Below are positions 25,550-36,928 of a stretch of DNA of 64,000 nucleotides, in pieces. This DNA comes from Carcharhinus amblyrhynchos (Eukaryota). Position numbers and translations under genes: made by a program. The notes under the pieces were generated by a model. The model saw only the letters and a list, made by a program, of their open reading frames with translations, searched no databases and was not told where the DNA came from. The stretch lies in the NCBI GenBank assembly GCA_965287045.1, contig OZ336895.1, forward strand, positions 2,790,001 to 2,854,000, read 5' to 3'. The number at the start of each line of letters is the position of its first letter. Position 1 is the stretch's first letter.

Positions 25550-26428
25550 AAACAACGCCTACCACTCATGACCACAGGAGAAGGTAAACACAGATCAGCA
25601 AAGTACAATCACCCCCTTCACAAGGCTGCTGGCTCTAACTGAGAAACCTTTCGAACCCACTAGTGGAGAGAGAGAGAGTTGGGTTTTTTTTAAAAGCATT
25701 GGTTAATTTGAGGGTTTCAGAGTGACGTCTGTAAAATGTTGCACACACAAAATGGAAACTGGATGGGATCTAAAAGGAAAAACAGGTTAAAGGTGGTGAG
25801 TGGTTAACCTGGAAATCCCGAAGTGACCTTTTGGGGGAAAAAAACTTCTGCACATCAAACAAAAAATGACAATTACGCTGCGTGTACAATTCCACCACCA
25901 TCTTTGATTCCACAATCCGGTTTGCAAGCGTCATTTCTTAGAGTGCCTTAGCTTTAAAGCGTGCTAAAGGAACGGTTAATTGATGTGAGGGGCCCCCTTC
26001 ACATTAAGTGCCGAGAAAGCGGGTTTAAAACAATAGCAAATGAGTCCGAACTCTACAGCAGATCCAAACAGTGCGTTATTACAAAGCAAGGTGGGTGCAT
26101 CCTTCCCCCCCCCCCCTTTTGGAAATTACAAAGGGATACATGAATTTACAAAAAAAAATGATTATAGACATCCAAGTGAAAGAAATCTTTCAGCCCAACC
26201 TGCAACTTAAATCAGAAATTGAGTGAGTGGGTGCCAATTTGATTTTGTTAAGGAAAAAACAGAGGGAGGATAGCTGTGGCTCGGGAAAGCTCACAATATC
26301 CGGCAGGAGGAAGAGACTCCAGAAGGATTTCAGAGCCGGCTGCTCAGTTTCACTTCCGAGAAGAAGACAAAACAAAAACAAGTGAAATTAACACGCTGAA
26401 ATCCAAAGGTGCGCAAGAAGTCACTTAC

Positions 26429-26452
26429 CGACTGCCTGGCTTGCGGATACAT
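26429..26452 (-). CDS. TLE: First coding exon (MYPQARQS, phase 0) of a Groucho/TLE-family transcriptional corepressor; paralog unresolved
   Basis: Minus strand reads ggggcgATG TAT CCG CAA GCC AGG CAG TCG|GTAAGT. This matches the short first exon of vertebrate TLEs (TLE2/3 MYPQGRHP, TLE1 MFPQSRHP, TLE5 MMFPQSRHS). Consensus donor and CpG-island context. Confidence 0.8.
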
Positions 26453-26666
26453 CGCCCCTTTTTTTTCTCCTCTTTCCCCTTCTCTCGGAAAACGGAGATT
26501 ATTTTTCCCCCAAAATTTCAATGAATCAAACCCTCCCTTGGAATCCAACAAAAAAAAATTCCTGCGGTAGCGACCAAGGGTAAAAACAAAAGCCAGATGA
26601 AGCTGTTTCCGCCGACACTTCCCGCACGGATTTGGTGGTGGGAAAAGAAAAAGCGAGAGAAAGGAA

Positions 26667-26774
26667 TTATTTTCTATCTTTCATGATGCGGTCGCGATAC
26701 ATTGTACACCCCTTCCGATAGATGACGTTGATGAGGGAGTCGCTGGTGTTTAGCACCGAAACATCTCGGTGCAT
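26667..26774 (-). CDS. Candidate 35-aa upstream ORF in the TLE 5' leader (MHRDVSVLNTSDSLINVIYRKGCTMYRDRIMKDRK*)
   Basis: ATG with G at -3, TAA stop, and ten consecutive C-ending codons, set between low-complexity homopolymer tracts. Confidence 0.5.
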   Translation of the reverse strand: MHRDVSVLNTSDSLINVIYRKGCTMYRDRIMKDRK

Positions 26775-27439
26775 TGCTCAGTGTGTATCACCCCCCAAAA
26801 AAAACAGGGAGGAAAAAAATCCTCTCTCTCCTTTGTATATTTTCCTCTTCCCTCTTTTTTTCCTTTTTTTGGGGGGGGTTCTTCTAGGAGGGGTTTTTCT
26901 TTTCCAAGGGGGGAAGGGGAGGGGGCTGATGTTGTTGTGGGAAGGGTAGTCTTTGCTGCCTTGCTGTCTGCCTCCCCGTTCCCCGTTTCCCTTCCTCGGG
27001 GATACAACGTTGTCGAGCGCTACAGCAGAGCGACACTGTAACAAACCGAGTGAGGGCGGTCCAATGACTGAGACAGACACCATGTGATGCGGAAGTGGGG
27101 TAGCTTACCCAGAGCCATTTTTAATAATCTTTACCCCCCAAAAATACACATTTTATTATATGCATATTTTTTAAAAAAGCCTCCCATCAAACCACTCTTC
27201 TATTTTAATTTCCTTCCACTCAGGACAAATAAATACATATTCCCCTCCCCCTCTTGTTAATTTACAATACAGATACATCGTTTCCCCCCCCCCCCTCCCC
27301 ATCCTGCTTATTTATAAAAGGGACGGGTTTGGACCTTAAAAATATATATAATTTTCCAGCTTCTTAAAAGCTCTGGAATAAATGTGCAGAATTCAACACT
27401 GCCTGAAGTATACCCTGGAGAGATAGATTACAAGGCTTG

Positions 27440-27740
27440 TTATCTCACGAGGGGTTTCAGATCACATCAATAAGGGTGACTGGACGGCTGTTTTTTTTTT
27501 CGCGTTGTGTGTCGTGTGCTGGTGATCCCACCTCCAACCTCCCGCTGAAAAAAAATGTGCGAGATTTAACTCCAGCTTGTCCAGGTTGTGCACTCCCCCC
27601 CCTCTCCCCTTTCCCCACCGCGATCCTGCCCCGCTCTGTCAGCCGCTACTTGCGTCCGGACGGAACGGTGGCAACAAAATGCGGATGGGGAGGAGAAGAA
27701 ATCTCAGTCTGTTAATTAACGGATCCAATGTTGGCCTCGT
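27440..27740. promoter_or_regulatory. Second CpG-rich patch upstream of the TLE promoter
   Basis: CpG-rich, TE-free segment next to the main promoter. Confidence 0.35.
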
Positions 27741-28039
27741 GCTGTCCCCATGATGTCTCTCCCAAGGGTGCAAACGACAGCAACATTCATTGATGAAGGA
27801 CAGAGTGAACAGGATAGGGGATTAGATATAAACTGAAAGATACAAAGGCAATTCAGCAAAGTGAATAAAGTAGGTCAGCAATGAGTGAGTAAATAAGTCA
27901 CCATCAGAGACAGTTACGGAGGAAAAGGACGTAGGTCATTCAGCCCCTCGAGCCTGTGCTAGCATTGAATTAGGATCATGTCTGACCGCCACTTCAACTC
28001 CAATTACCTTCGCTCCAATTCCCTTCACAAGCTTACCTA

Positions 28040-29330
28040 ATTAAAAGGCAACTTATTATCTAAATGGAGAGAAACTTGAGAGTGCTTCGGTGCAGAGGGA
28101 TCTTGGTAACCTATGCGTGAATGGCAGAAAACTAGTATGTAGGCACAGCGGGTAATAAGGAAGGCAAATGGAATATTGGCAGTTATTGCTAAAGGAAAAC
28201 AGTATAATTAGTATGGCTGCCACTGTACAAGGCATTAGTGAGATTGCACCCCTTTGATCTCAGTCTCGGACATTGCAATTTTTTTAAAAAAAGTTTATTT
28301 ATTAGTGTCACAAGTAGGCTTACATTAACACTGCAATGAAGTTACTGTGAAAATCCCCGAGTCGCCACACTCCCTTGCCTGTTTGGGTACATTGAGGGAG
28401 AATCTAGTATGACCAACACACCTAATTAACATGTCTTTCAGACTGTGGGAGGAAACTGGAAGACCCAGAGGAAACCCATACAATCACAGGGAGAACATGC
28501 AGGCTCCACACAGATAGTCACCCAAGCCGGGAATCAAACCCTCGTCCCTGGTGCTGTGAGGCAGCAGCGCTAACCACTGTGCCACGATGCCGCCCACTGC
28601 AGCAGTCAGTGGGGAGAGAGTTCCAGATTTTCACCACCCTTTGTGTGAAGGCATGTTTTTGATTCAACGTTAAGATCATGTTCTCTTGTTCCTCTTCAAC
28701 TATGGACAATAGTTTTTCTGTATCTACCTTACAAATCTCTTATAGTTTTATATATTAAGTAAGATCACAGGGGATTAAGGATAATTTATTAGCTTGGATA
28801 GAGGACTGGGTAACCAACAGAAAGCAGAGAATTGGGGTATATGGGTCTTTTTCTGGTTGGTAAGACGTAACTAATGGGATGCTACAGAGTTTAGTCCTTG
28901 GGCCCCAATTATTTACAATCTATTTTACTCACGTGGCCACATGGATAGAAGGTACTATACTCCAATTTGCAAATGATGCTAAAATAGGTGGGATAGTAAG
29001 TTGTGATAAAGAAATAAGCAGTTTACAAATGGATATGGATGGGTTAGGTGAGTGGGTCAAAATGTGGCAGATGGAGTTTACTGTGGGTAAGTGTGAGATT
29101 GTCCATTTTGATCAGAAAAATAGAAAGGCAACTTATTAGGGAGACTTCAGAGTGTTTTATTACAGAGAGATCTGGTCATCATCATGCCTGAATCACAGGA
29201 AACGAGTATGCAGGTACAGCAGGTAATAAGGAAGGCAAATGGAATTTTGGCAGTTATAGCTAACGGACTAGAGTATAACAGTAGGGGAGTGTGGTAGGAA
29301 CTGTACAAGGCATTCCTGAGACCGCATCAG
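28040..29330 (+). mobile_element. CR1/HER1 LINE reverse-transcriptase fragments with a nested V-SINE
   Basis: Degenerate RT motifs (SLVLGPQLFTIY, QFANDAKIGG, WQMEF) at 28765-29140. Confidence 0.85.
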
Positions 29331-29714
29331 TGTTTAACTTACCTCATCAATATTCTAAACTCAAGTCAATAAGAATCAAGTTTATGCAATTCATAAATTA
29401 ATGCTTTTAGTCTGGCGTCATTCAGATTAATCTTCACTGTGCTCCTTCTAAAGCAGTTACAGGAAGCTCAAAGCAAACAGATTAAATCCCATTAAAACTT
29501 CTGTTGAAACTTTGTGCCTTAAAGTTAATGTTTAAGTTCCCAACTCCCCATCCAGACTTACTTCCTGCTCCAGAGATAGAAATACATATTTCCGGAATTC
29601 TACTACCCTGCCTGTCATGGAATCAGAGTGGGAGAGGGGCGGACAACAGAAATGTCCTTTGACCTCAGGTGGGATTTTCTGGTCTCGGGTCGAGTGAAAC
29701 TGTAAAATCTCCAG

Positions 29715-30285
29715 ACTGACACCTCAATGCAGCACGTTGGTTAGGCCACATTTGGAATACCATGCCCAATTCTGGTCACCACTCTACCAGAAGGACGTGG
29801 TGGCTTTGGAGGGAATACAGAAACGGATTACCAGGATGTTGTCTGCTATGGAGGGTATTAGCTGTAAGGAGAGGTTGAATAAAATGGGATTATTCTCCTG
29901 GGAAAGACGGAGGTTAAGGGAGCAACCTGATAAAAGTTTATAAAATTATGAGGGGCATTGATAGGGTGAACAGTTGGAAGCTTTTTCCCAAGGTTCCAAC
30001 TGTTGGAAATGACAATTACAAGGGGGCACTAGTTCAAGGTAAGAGGGGAAAGATTCAGTAGAGATGTGCGGAGGACGTTTTTACACAGTGGATAGTGGGG
30101 GCTTGGAATGCACTGCCAAGTAAGTTGGTTGAGGCAGATCCTTAGCAATATTTAAGACTTATCAGGAAAGGCATGTGAACAGGTGGGTTATAGAGGGGTA
30201 CAGGTGGCTGGTTTTGCTAAGACAACGTGATTAGTGAAGGCTTGGAGGGTGAAAGCTGTGTTCCTGTGCTGTATTGTTCTTTGTT
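29715..30285 (+). mobile_element. CR1 LINE 3' fragment
   Basis: VRPHLEY…QFWSP motif and 3' tail. Confidence 0.85.
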
Positions 30286-31477
30286 CACTGAGGGAGGTCT
30301 GTGCTATCAGGTTTGTCTTTTCCAGATGAGATATTAAACCGACCTGCTCTCTCAGACAGAGATTATAGATTCTATGATGTTATTTGTAGAAGAGCAGGCA
30401 AGTGGATCATGTTCAACTTTAGTTGTTTTCTAAAATTTAGTCATTTTATTGCTGTTTATTAGATCCTCCTGTGTGCAAACTGGTTGCTGCATTTCTCACT
30501 GTGAATATATTTTAAAAAACACTTCTTTGATTGTAGAGCCCTTTGGGACATCTCGAAGATGTCAATGGAGTTGAAAGTTTATTTATTAATCACAAGTAGG
30601 CTTACATAAACACTGCAATGAAATTATTGAGAAAGTCTCCTAGCCACCGCACACCGGCACCTGTTCGGATACACTGAGGGAGAATTTATCATGGCCAATG
30701 CACCTAACCAGCATGTCTTTGGAGTGTGGGAGGAAACTGGAACACCCGGAGGAAACCCATGCAGACATGGGGAGAATGTGCAGACTCGACACAAACAGTG
30801 ACCCAAGTCAAGAGTCGAACCCATGTCCCTGATGCTGTGGGGCAGCAGTGCTAACCATGCCCTGCCGGAATTATGTGCCTTTCATTCTGTTTTACTGTAT
30901 CCTAAGTGACAGCGAAGTTCAATGGGTTTACGGTTGCTGTGTGAAACTGAGGTGTGGCTATTGGCCTTGTAAGCACTCCTGTGTATCTAGTTTTAATATA
31001 TCGGTGTCTTTCATGCATGGATGAAGCTCCGTTCAACAGCTGCTGGTGATGCTGCTCAGCTGTGTGGAAGAGTACAATGTCAAGACATGATTAGGGCAAA
31101 TGTGAATCTTTCCTCGGTGGCACCCAAGGTTGAGACAAGGTGCAGGTCAGTAACAGTGCCTGCATCTCTGCCTTTGCCAAGAGAGCGGCCACGTCCCTGG
31201 AAAGTGATTATTGAATCAAAAAATTTATGACACAGGATATTTTTGGTGCATCTTTTTTTTGTAGCGTAGGATTGAGGAATATTTGATTTGAAAATCCAAA
31301 AACAAAGGTTGCACTGATGTTTACTGATCAGAAAGGACATTTCTCGATACAGAGTGCAGTTTTTGATTTTTATTTTTAATTCTGTTTGTGATGGATACCC
31401 TGGAAATTATCAAATACAGGATGCTCTAAGTTGAGGTACAATGACAGCCATAGTGATGGTTTAGCTGTTACATATTA

Positions 31478-31835
31478 TCATAGAATCTTAGAATCTCTAC
31501 AGCGCAGAAAGTGGCCATTTGGCCCATCGAGCCTGCATCGACAAAAATCCCACCCAGGCCCTACCCATGTAAACCCAGGTATTTACCCTGCTAGTCTCCC
31601 TAACACTAAGGAAGCAATTTAACATGGCAAATCAACCTAACCTGCACATGTCAGTGCAGGCTCCTTGGGCTGAATGGCCCCCTTCTACACTGTAGGTATC
31701 CTATGATTCTATGATCTTTGGAGGAAACTGGAGCACCTGGAGGAAATCCACGCAGACACGTGGAGAATGTGTAAATTCCACACGGATAGTCACCCTGAAT
31801 TGAACCTGGGTCTCTGCTACCCACTGTGCCGCCCT
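31478..31835 (-). mobile_element. HE1-type V-SINE with an internal inverted tail piece
   Basis: Minus-strand SINE body with a plus-strand tail fragment at about 31650-31715. Confidence 0.8.
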
Positions 31836-32079
31836 ATGCATTGTAATATTCACTACCTTCTCAGGAGGTTCTCACTGTGTTGAAACAGAGACTTCAACAT
31901 AAATGTTGGGTTTTCCAACTAAGAAACTGCAGAAGCTCCAGCGTCCCACTCTCCATATGAACCATCCTTGCATCTCTTTGTTTTACTGACACTATCATAA
32001 TAATTTGTTTCTCCTTTCCAAGTGCTCTTTATCCTCACGACTTTTGCCAGGATTTAAGGAATCTCTTAAAACAAGAGTG

Positions 32080-33150
32080 GAAATTTGTGTTTATATAGCG
32101 CCTTTAATGTTGTAGAACATCTCAAAGCATTTTATCAGAGCATTGTTGAGCAAAAGATTTGACGTTGGGCCAAACAGATATGAGGACAAATGACCCAGAG
32201 TTTGGTCAAATAAGTCTTAAAAGAGGAGCCAGGTGTAGGTGGTGTTTGAAGGAGGGAATTCCAGTCTAATGGCCTTAGGCTGCCAAAGTGGCAAGATTAA
32301 AATTGAGGAAGCCTAAATCCAGAGGAGCACCGGAGGGCCGTCGGAAGTTACAGAGATGGAGAGGGGCAAGGCCATGGAAGGATTTGAAAACGAGGTTGAG
32401 AATTTTCAAATTGAGGCATCAGCAGGCTGAGAACCAGTGTACACAAAAACAGAAAATGGTCATCCAGACCAGAAACATTAGCTCTGTTCTCTCCCCACAG
32501 ATGCTGTCAGACCTGCTGAGATTTTCCAGCATTTTCTATTTTTGTTTCAGATTCCAAATTCTGCAGTTTTTTAAAAAAAATTGTTCATGGGATGTGGGCA
32601 TTCTGGCTGGGCCAGCATTTATTACCCATCCCTGAAGATATTTAAGAGCCAACCACATTGCTGTGGATCTGGAGTCACATGTAGGCCAGACCTAGTAAGG
32701 ACAGCAGATTTCCTTCCCCAAAGAACATTAGTGAACCAGATTGATTTTTATGATAATCAACAATGGTTTTATGGTCATCATTAGACTTTTAATTCCAAAT
32801 TTTTAATTTCATTGAATTCAAAGTTCACTATCTGTCATGATGGGATTCAAACACAGGTGGCCAGAGCATTACCTTGGGTTTCTGGATCACCAGTCTAGCA
32901 ACAATACCACTATGCCACTGCCTAATTTGTTTTTATTTAATCTGGGAATGAGTGTAGGTCAGCAAGCACAGGGATGATGGTTGGTTTGGACCTTGATGCA
33001 AATTGGGATATGAGCAGCTGAGTTTTGGGTGAATGCACAGTTATGGATGGTGTAAGGCAGGAGTACAGCCTGGAGAGTATGACAGTCATCGAGTTGAGAG
33101 GTAATAAAGGCAGAGATAAAGAGTTTCAGGGCAGATGGGGCAGGTCTTCC
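32080..33150 (-). mobile_element. Old L2-like LINE 3' remnant with nested PLE and SINE
   Basis: Degenerate AFITSQLD…QNSAA L2-type C-terminus and a TTTATATAGCGCCTTT-type end. Confidence 0.55.
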
Positions 33151-35074
33151 CTCAGTCTCTCCCAAAATAAAAATAAATGGATTCAGGGAAGAAGTTCATC
33201 ACCGTTTCAATCCAAGGCAAACAGAGGAAGTGGCAACTCAGGAGACTGTGGTGACCTGTTATATATTTAGCCTTTACAAAAGACAATTTGTTAAAGTTCC
33301 TTTGTGCAAGGAAAACAGTTTTAATGGGAATCTTGTAATTGTACCAGTGACAAGATTGGATGGACAGATTCCACGACAGATATGGATATAGGAATTTGCA
33401 ATGGAAATACGAAAAAATTAAGGACGCAATGTCTGACTTTAAAATGAGGATTCTGTGACATCTTCAAACCCATATGCCAGAATTTTACCACCTCACCCAC
33501 CCAAGGCTCATAAGATTCCGCCCAAGGCCAACGGAGAATGCCATTCTGCGAGCCTCGCCCTCCCCGATTCCGGGATGGGTGTGCCGGTAAAATTCCGCTT
33601 ATTATCTCTTCCTGTGTTTCAAGGTGCCTCAATCAAATGTACTTAAATTTGTCTGTAAGAGCACTTTGGGACGTTTTGAGGGAATAAAAGATGTGATATA
33701 AGTGCAAATCTTTCTTTCATTCTATTACCCATGGTTTTGTATGACCTGTACTGACTGGTACACACAACATATAGAAAGGGTGAGAAGGATGAATGAATTC
33801 TTCTGCCACTAGCCACAAGATGCAGCTGTCTCGTTATGGTCTACATCACATTTCTTAAGTTGCAGAATCAGGAGCAGTAACAGACGTATTTTTGTTTCAA
33901 ATATAGCTTAAAAATGCTGGATGCCAGGCTTTGAATTAATAGCAGCCATTCAGTTTATTGTCCCTCCGAAATATTGCCACATGATTTCAAGTCATGAGGT
34001 GCCTTCTAATACCACTGAGTCAAGTTGATGTTCAGTGACTGTCTCCGAGCCCTCTGGCAATGTTAGTTAGGGTGGAAGGAAACCAATAGCTCACTATACT
34101 GGAAAGCCCAAAGGAAGATAAGTGTGAACCAGGCAAGTGCAGAACTAGTAACCTTCAGCCTGTCTCTCCCTTTATGTTCACCAAATGTGCATCTTGATAT
34201 GCCCGCACCCCACCACCCACACTACATTCTCACTATTCTGAATGTAATAACCACCTCATTGTCTCTTTTCTCAGAACTCTCGGGTGTAGAATTTCCTACC
34301 TGCATTCAGTTTCTTTTTCTCTGACAATCGACAGATTTTTTTGAAATCCCTCACTTGATATCATGATGGTATCTATTTGGCTCCTGTCAGTTGTAGATGT
34401 ATAATTGCTTTTCCCTGAAAATAGATAAAAGGTGAAATTAATTCCTATTTTAATATATGTACATGGATATTTTTGGAGCTGTAAATTTTTTTCAAAGGTG
34501 AAATATTGAAACTTTCTTCTTCCCCAGTTCTCTGCCCAAAGGCAGGTCTGACCTGCCTTGATTGCCACTGTGGCTAGGGTAAGGTGGGCATGCCCCATAT
34601 CCACCCCAACCAAAACACTGTTTGAATCCGAATCCTGTTGGCACCAACCTGATCCGCACCAACTGTCCAGCCAACTGAGCCAACCAGTCTGATCCAGATC
34701 AAAGCAGCCTGCTTCATCGAAACCTCATCCATTAGCCCAAATACCTCACCACTGACCCAACAGCAGAGATCCCCAGTACAACCAAACTCACACAGATGAT
34801 GGACGATATCGCCAACTGCTCTCCAAGTCGAAGGCGAGGGACGGCTTGAGGTGCAAGTGTGTGCATGAGCACTAGACCAGAAACATATTACATCAACTTG
34901 CCCACTAAGATCTGTCAAGTGAGGCATCTCATTTCTCCAGGCAGTGTCTCAGAAAGCCATCGAATGGATTGCCAAAATAGACATCCTATTATATGTTATT
35001 CTTATCATATGCAAGTATAATGTGACCTAAAGAATTCAGTGGTGTAGAATTTCTACCTGCATTCAGTTTATATT

Positions 35075-36150
35075 TAGTCCAAAGATGTGCAAGTTAGGAT
35101 GATTGACCATGCTAAATTGCCCCTTAATGTTTGGAGAATTAGGAAAGCAAATATGTGGAGTTACGGGGATAGGACAGGACGTGGATGGGATTGTTGTCCA
35201 TGCAGGCTCAATGGACCAAATGGCCTCCTTCTGCACTGTAGATTCTATGATTCTGTAACTCTATGATAAATATCTATCCCCTCCATTTCTATGACATGGT
35301 GGTTACAAATCTGCAAGATGTAAACAACCAAACTTTCTTCAGAAGCGCATTCCAAATTCACGACTCTGATCATTTAGAAACAAAGACACCAAGATTACAT
35401 GGATTGGCCATGGTAAAATGCCCCTTAGTGTCGGGGGCCTAGCTGGGGTAAATGCATGGAGTGATGGGGATGGGATCTGGGTGTGATTGTGGTCGGTGCA
35501 GACTCGATGGGCCGTATGGCCTCCTTCTGCATTGTAGGATTCGAAGATAACAGAGACATATAAGATAATGAAGGGGCCAGATAGGGTGGAGGTAGAGATT
35601 CTTTGCACTTAGAAAGGATAGCAGAACTAGAGGACACAGCCTCAAAATAAGGGGGGGTCAGTTTAGAACAGAGTTGAGGAGGAACTTCTTCTCTCAGAGC
35701 GTAGTGAATCTCTGGAATTCTCTGCCTGTTGAGGTGGTGGAGGCTACCTCATTGAATATATTTAAATCATGGGTAGATAGATTTCTGATCGATAAAGGAA
35801 TTAAGGGTTATGGGGAGCAGGTGGGTAAGTGGAACTGATCCACTTCAGATCAGCCATGACCTTATTGAATGGCGGGGCAGGCTTGAAGGGCTAGATGGCC
35901 TACTCCTGCTCCTATTTCTTATGTTCTTATGATAAATGCATGGGGCACCATCACCTCTAAGTTCCCTTTCAAATCACACATCAGCCAGACTTGAACATGT
36001 GTTACATTTCCTCCATCGTTGCTTGGTCTATATTTTGGAATTCCCTAGTTTACAGCTTATTGGGAGCACCTGTCACATGGACTACAGTCATTCAATAAAA
36101 AGGTCCATCATCACCTTCTCAGGGCAAGTAGGGATGGGCAATCACCAACA
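35075..36150 (+). mobile_element. SINE fragments plus CR1 3' fragments
   Basis: HE1 tails, a CR1 end at 35545-35930 and a LINE tail at 35940-36150. Confidence 0.75.
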
Positions 36151-36254
36151 ACTGTAAGTTTCAGGGTTCAAAGGTCAAAGATTCCCCAAAGTGGGGGTTC
36201 AAGAACTCATAATTAAGTTAGCTTATTAAGTTTATTAAAAATCAACAGTTTAGA

Positions 36255-36928
36255 TCATTGAATCATAAAATCCTACAGTGCAAAAGAAGGCCACTCAGCC
36301 TATCATGTCTGCACTGACCACAATCCCACCCAGGCCCTATTTGCATAACCCCATGCATTTACCCTAGCTAGCCCCCCCGACACTAAGGAGCAATTTAGCA
36401 TGGCCAATCACCTAACACACACATCTTTTGACTGTGGGAGGAAACTGGAGCACTCAGAGGAAACCCATGTAGACACAAGGAGAATTTGCAGACTCCACAC
36501 AGGCAGTGACCCAAGTAGGGAATGAACCCGAGTCCCTGGCGCTGTGAGGCAACAGTACTAACCACTGTGCCACCGTGCTGCCCAATAGATAAGGTACATA
36601 ATATAAATAGACAGAAAAGACATGTAACCTGAAACAGGTGAGCATGGTTTAGAGGTCCTACTCTCTGTGCAAAGTCTGCACCTTCTCTCCGTGTCTGAAT
36701 GGGTTTTCTCTGGGTGCTCCAGTTTCCTCCCACATTCCAAAGATATGCAGGTTAGGTTGATTGGCTATGCTAAATTGCCCCTTAGTGTAGGTCAGGTGGA
36801 TTAACCATGTGAAATGTGTGGGGTTATGGGGGTAGGATTGGGAGAGGACCCGGGTAAGATACTTTGCCAGAGTTGGTGCAGGCTCAAAGGGTCAAATGGC
36901 CTTTTCTGCAGTGTAGGAATTCTATGAT
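36255..36928. mobile_element. Head-to-head inverted pair of HE1 SINEs
   Basis: Minus copy at 36255-36583 and plus copy at 36660-36928. Confidence 0.85.

Larger units (their letters stand above)
26270..27130 (-). promoter_or_regulatory. CpG-rich promoter and 5' UTR of the TLE gene
   Basis: CpG density is far above the rest of the window. Clustered GGGCGG (27054), CCAAT (27061), CATGTG (27081), ETS-type CGGAAGT (27090) and YY1-type GCCATTTT (27114). No TEs. Confidence 0.7.

Noticed and set aside
26680-26790. Possible C/D snoRNA or scaRNA (ATGATG, TTGATGA boxes)
   Set aside because: No well-placed CTGA D box or terminal stem. The minus-strand uORF explains the segment better.
27103-27121. ATGGCTCTGG|GTAAGC mini-exon upstream of the promoter
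   Set aside because: Phase 1, incompatible with the phase-0 TLE junction, and it overlaps a YY1-type motif.
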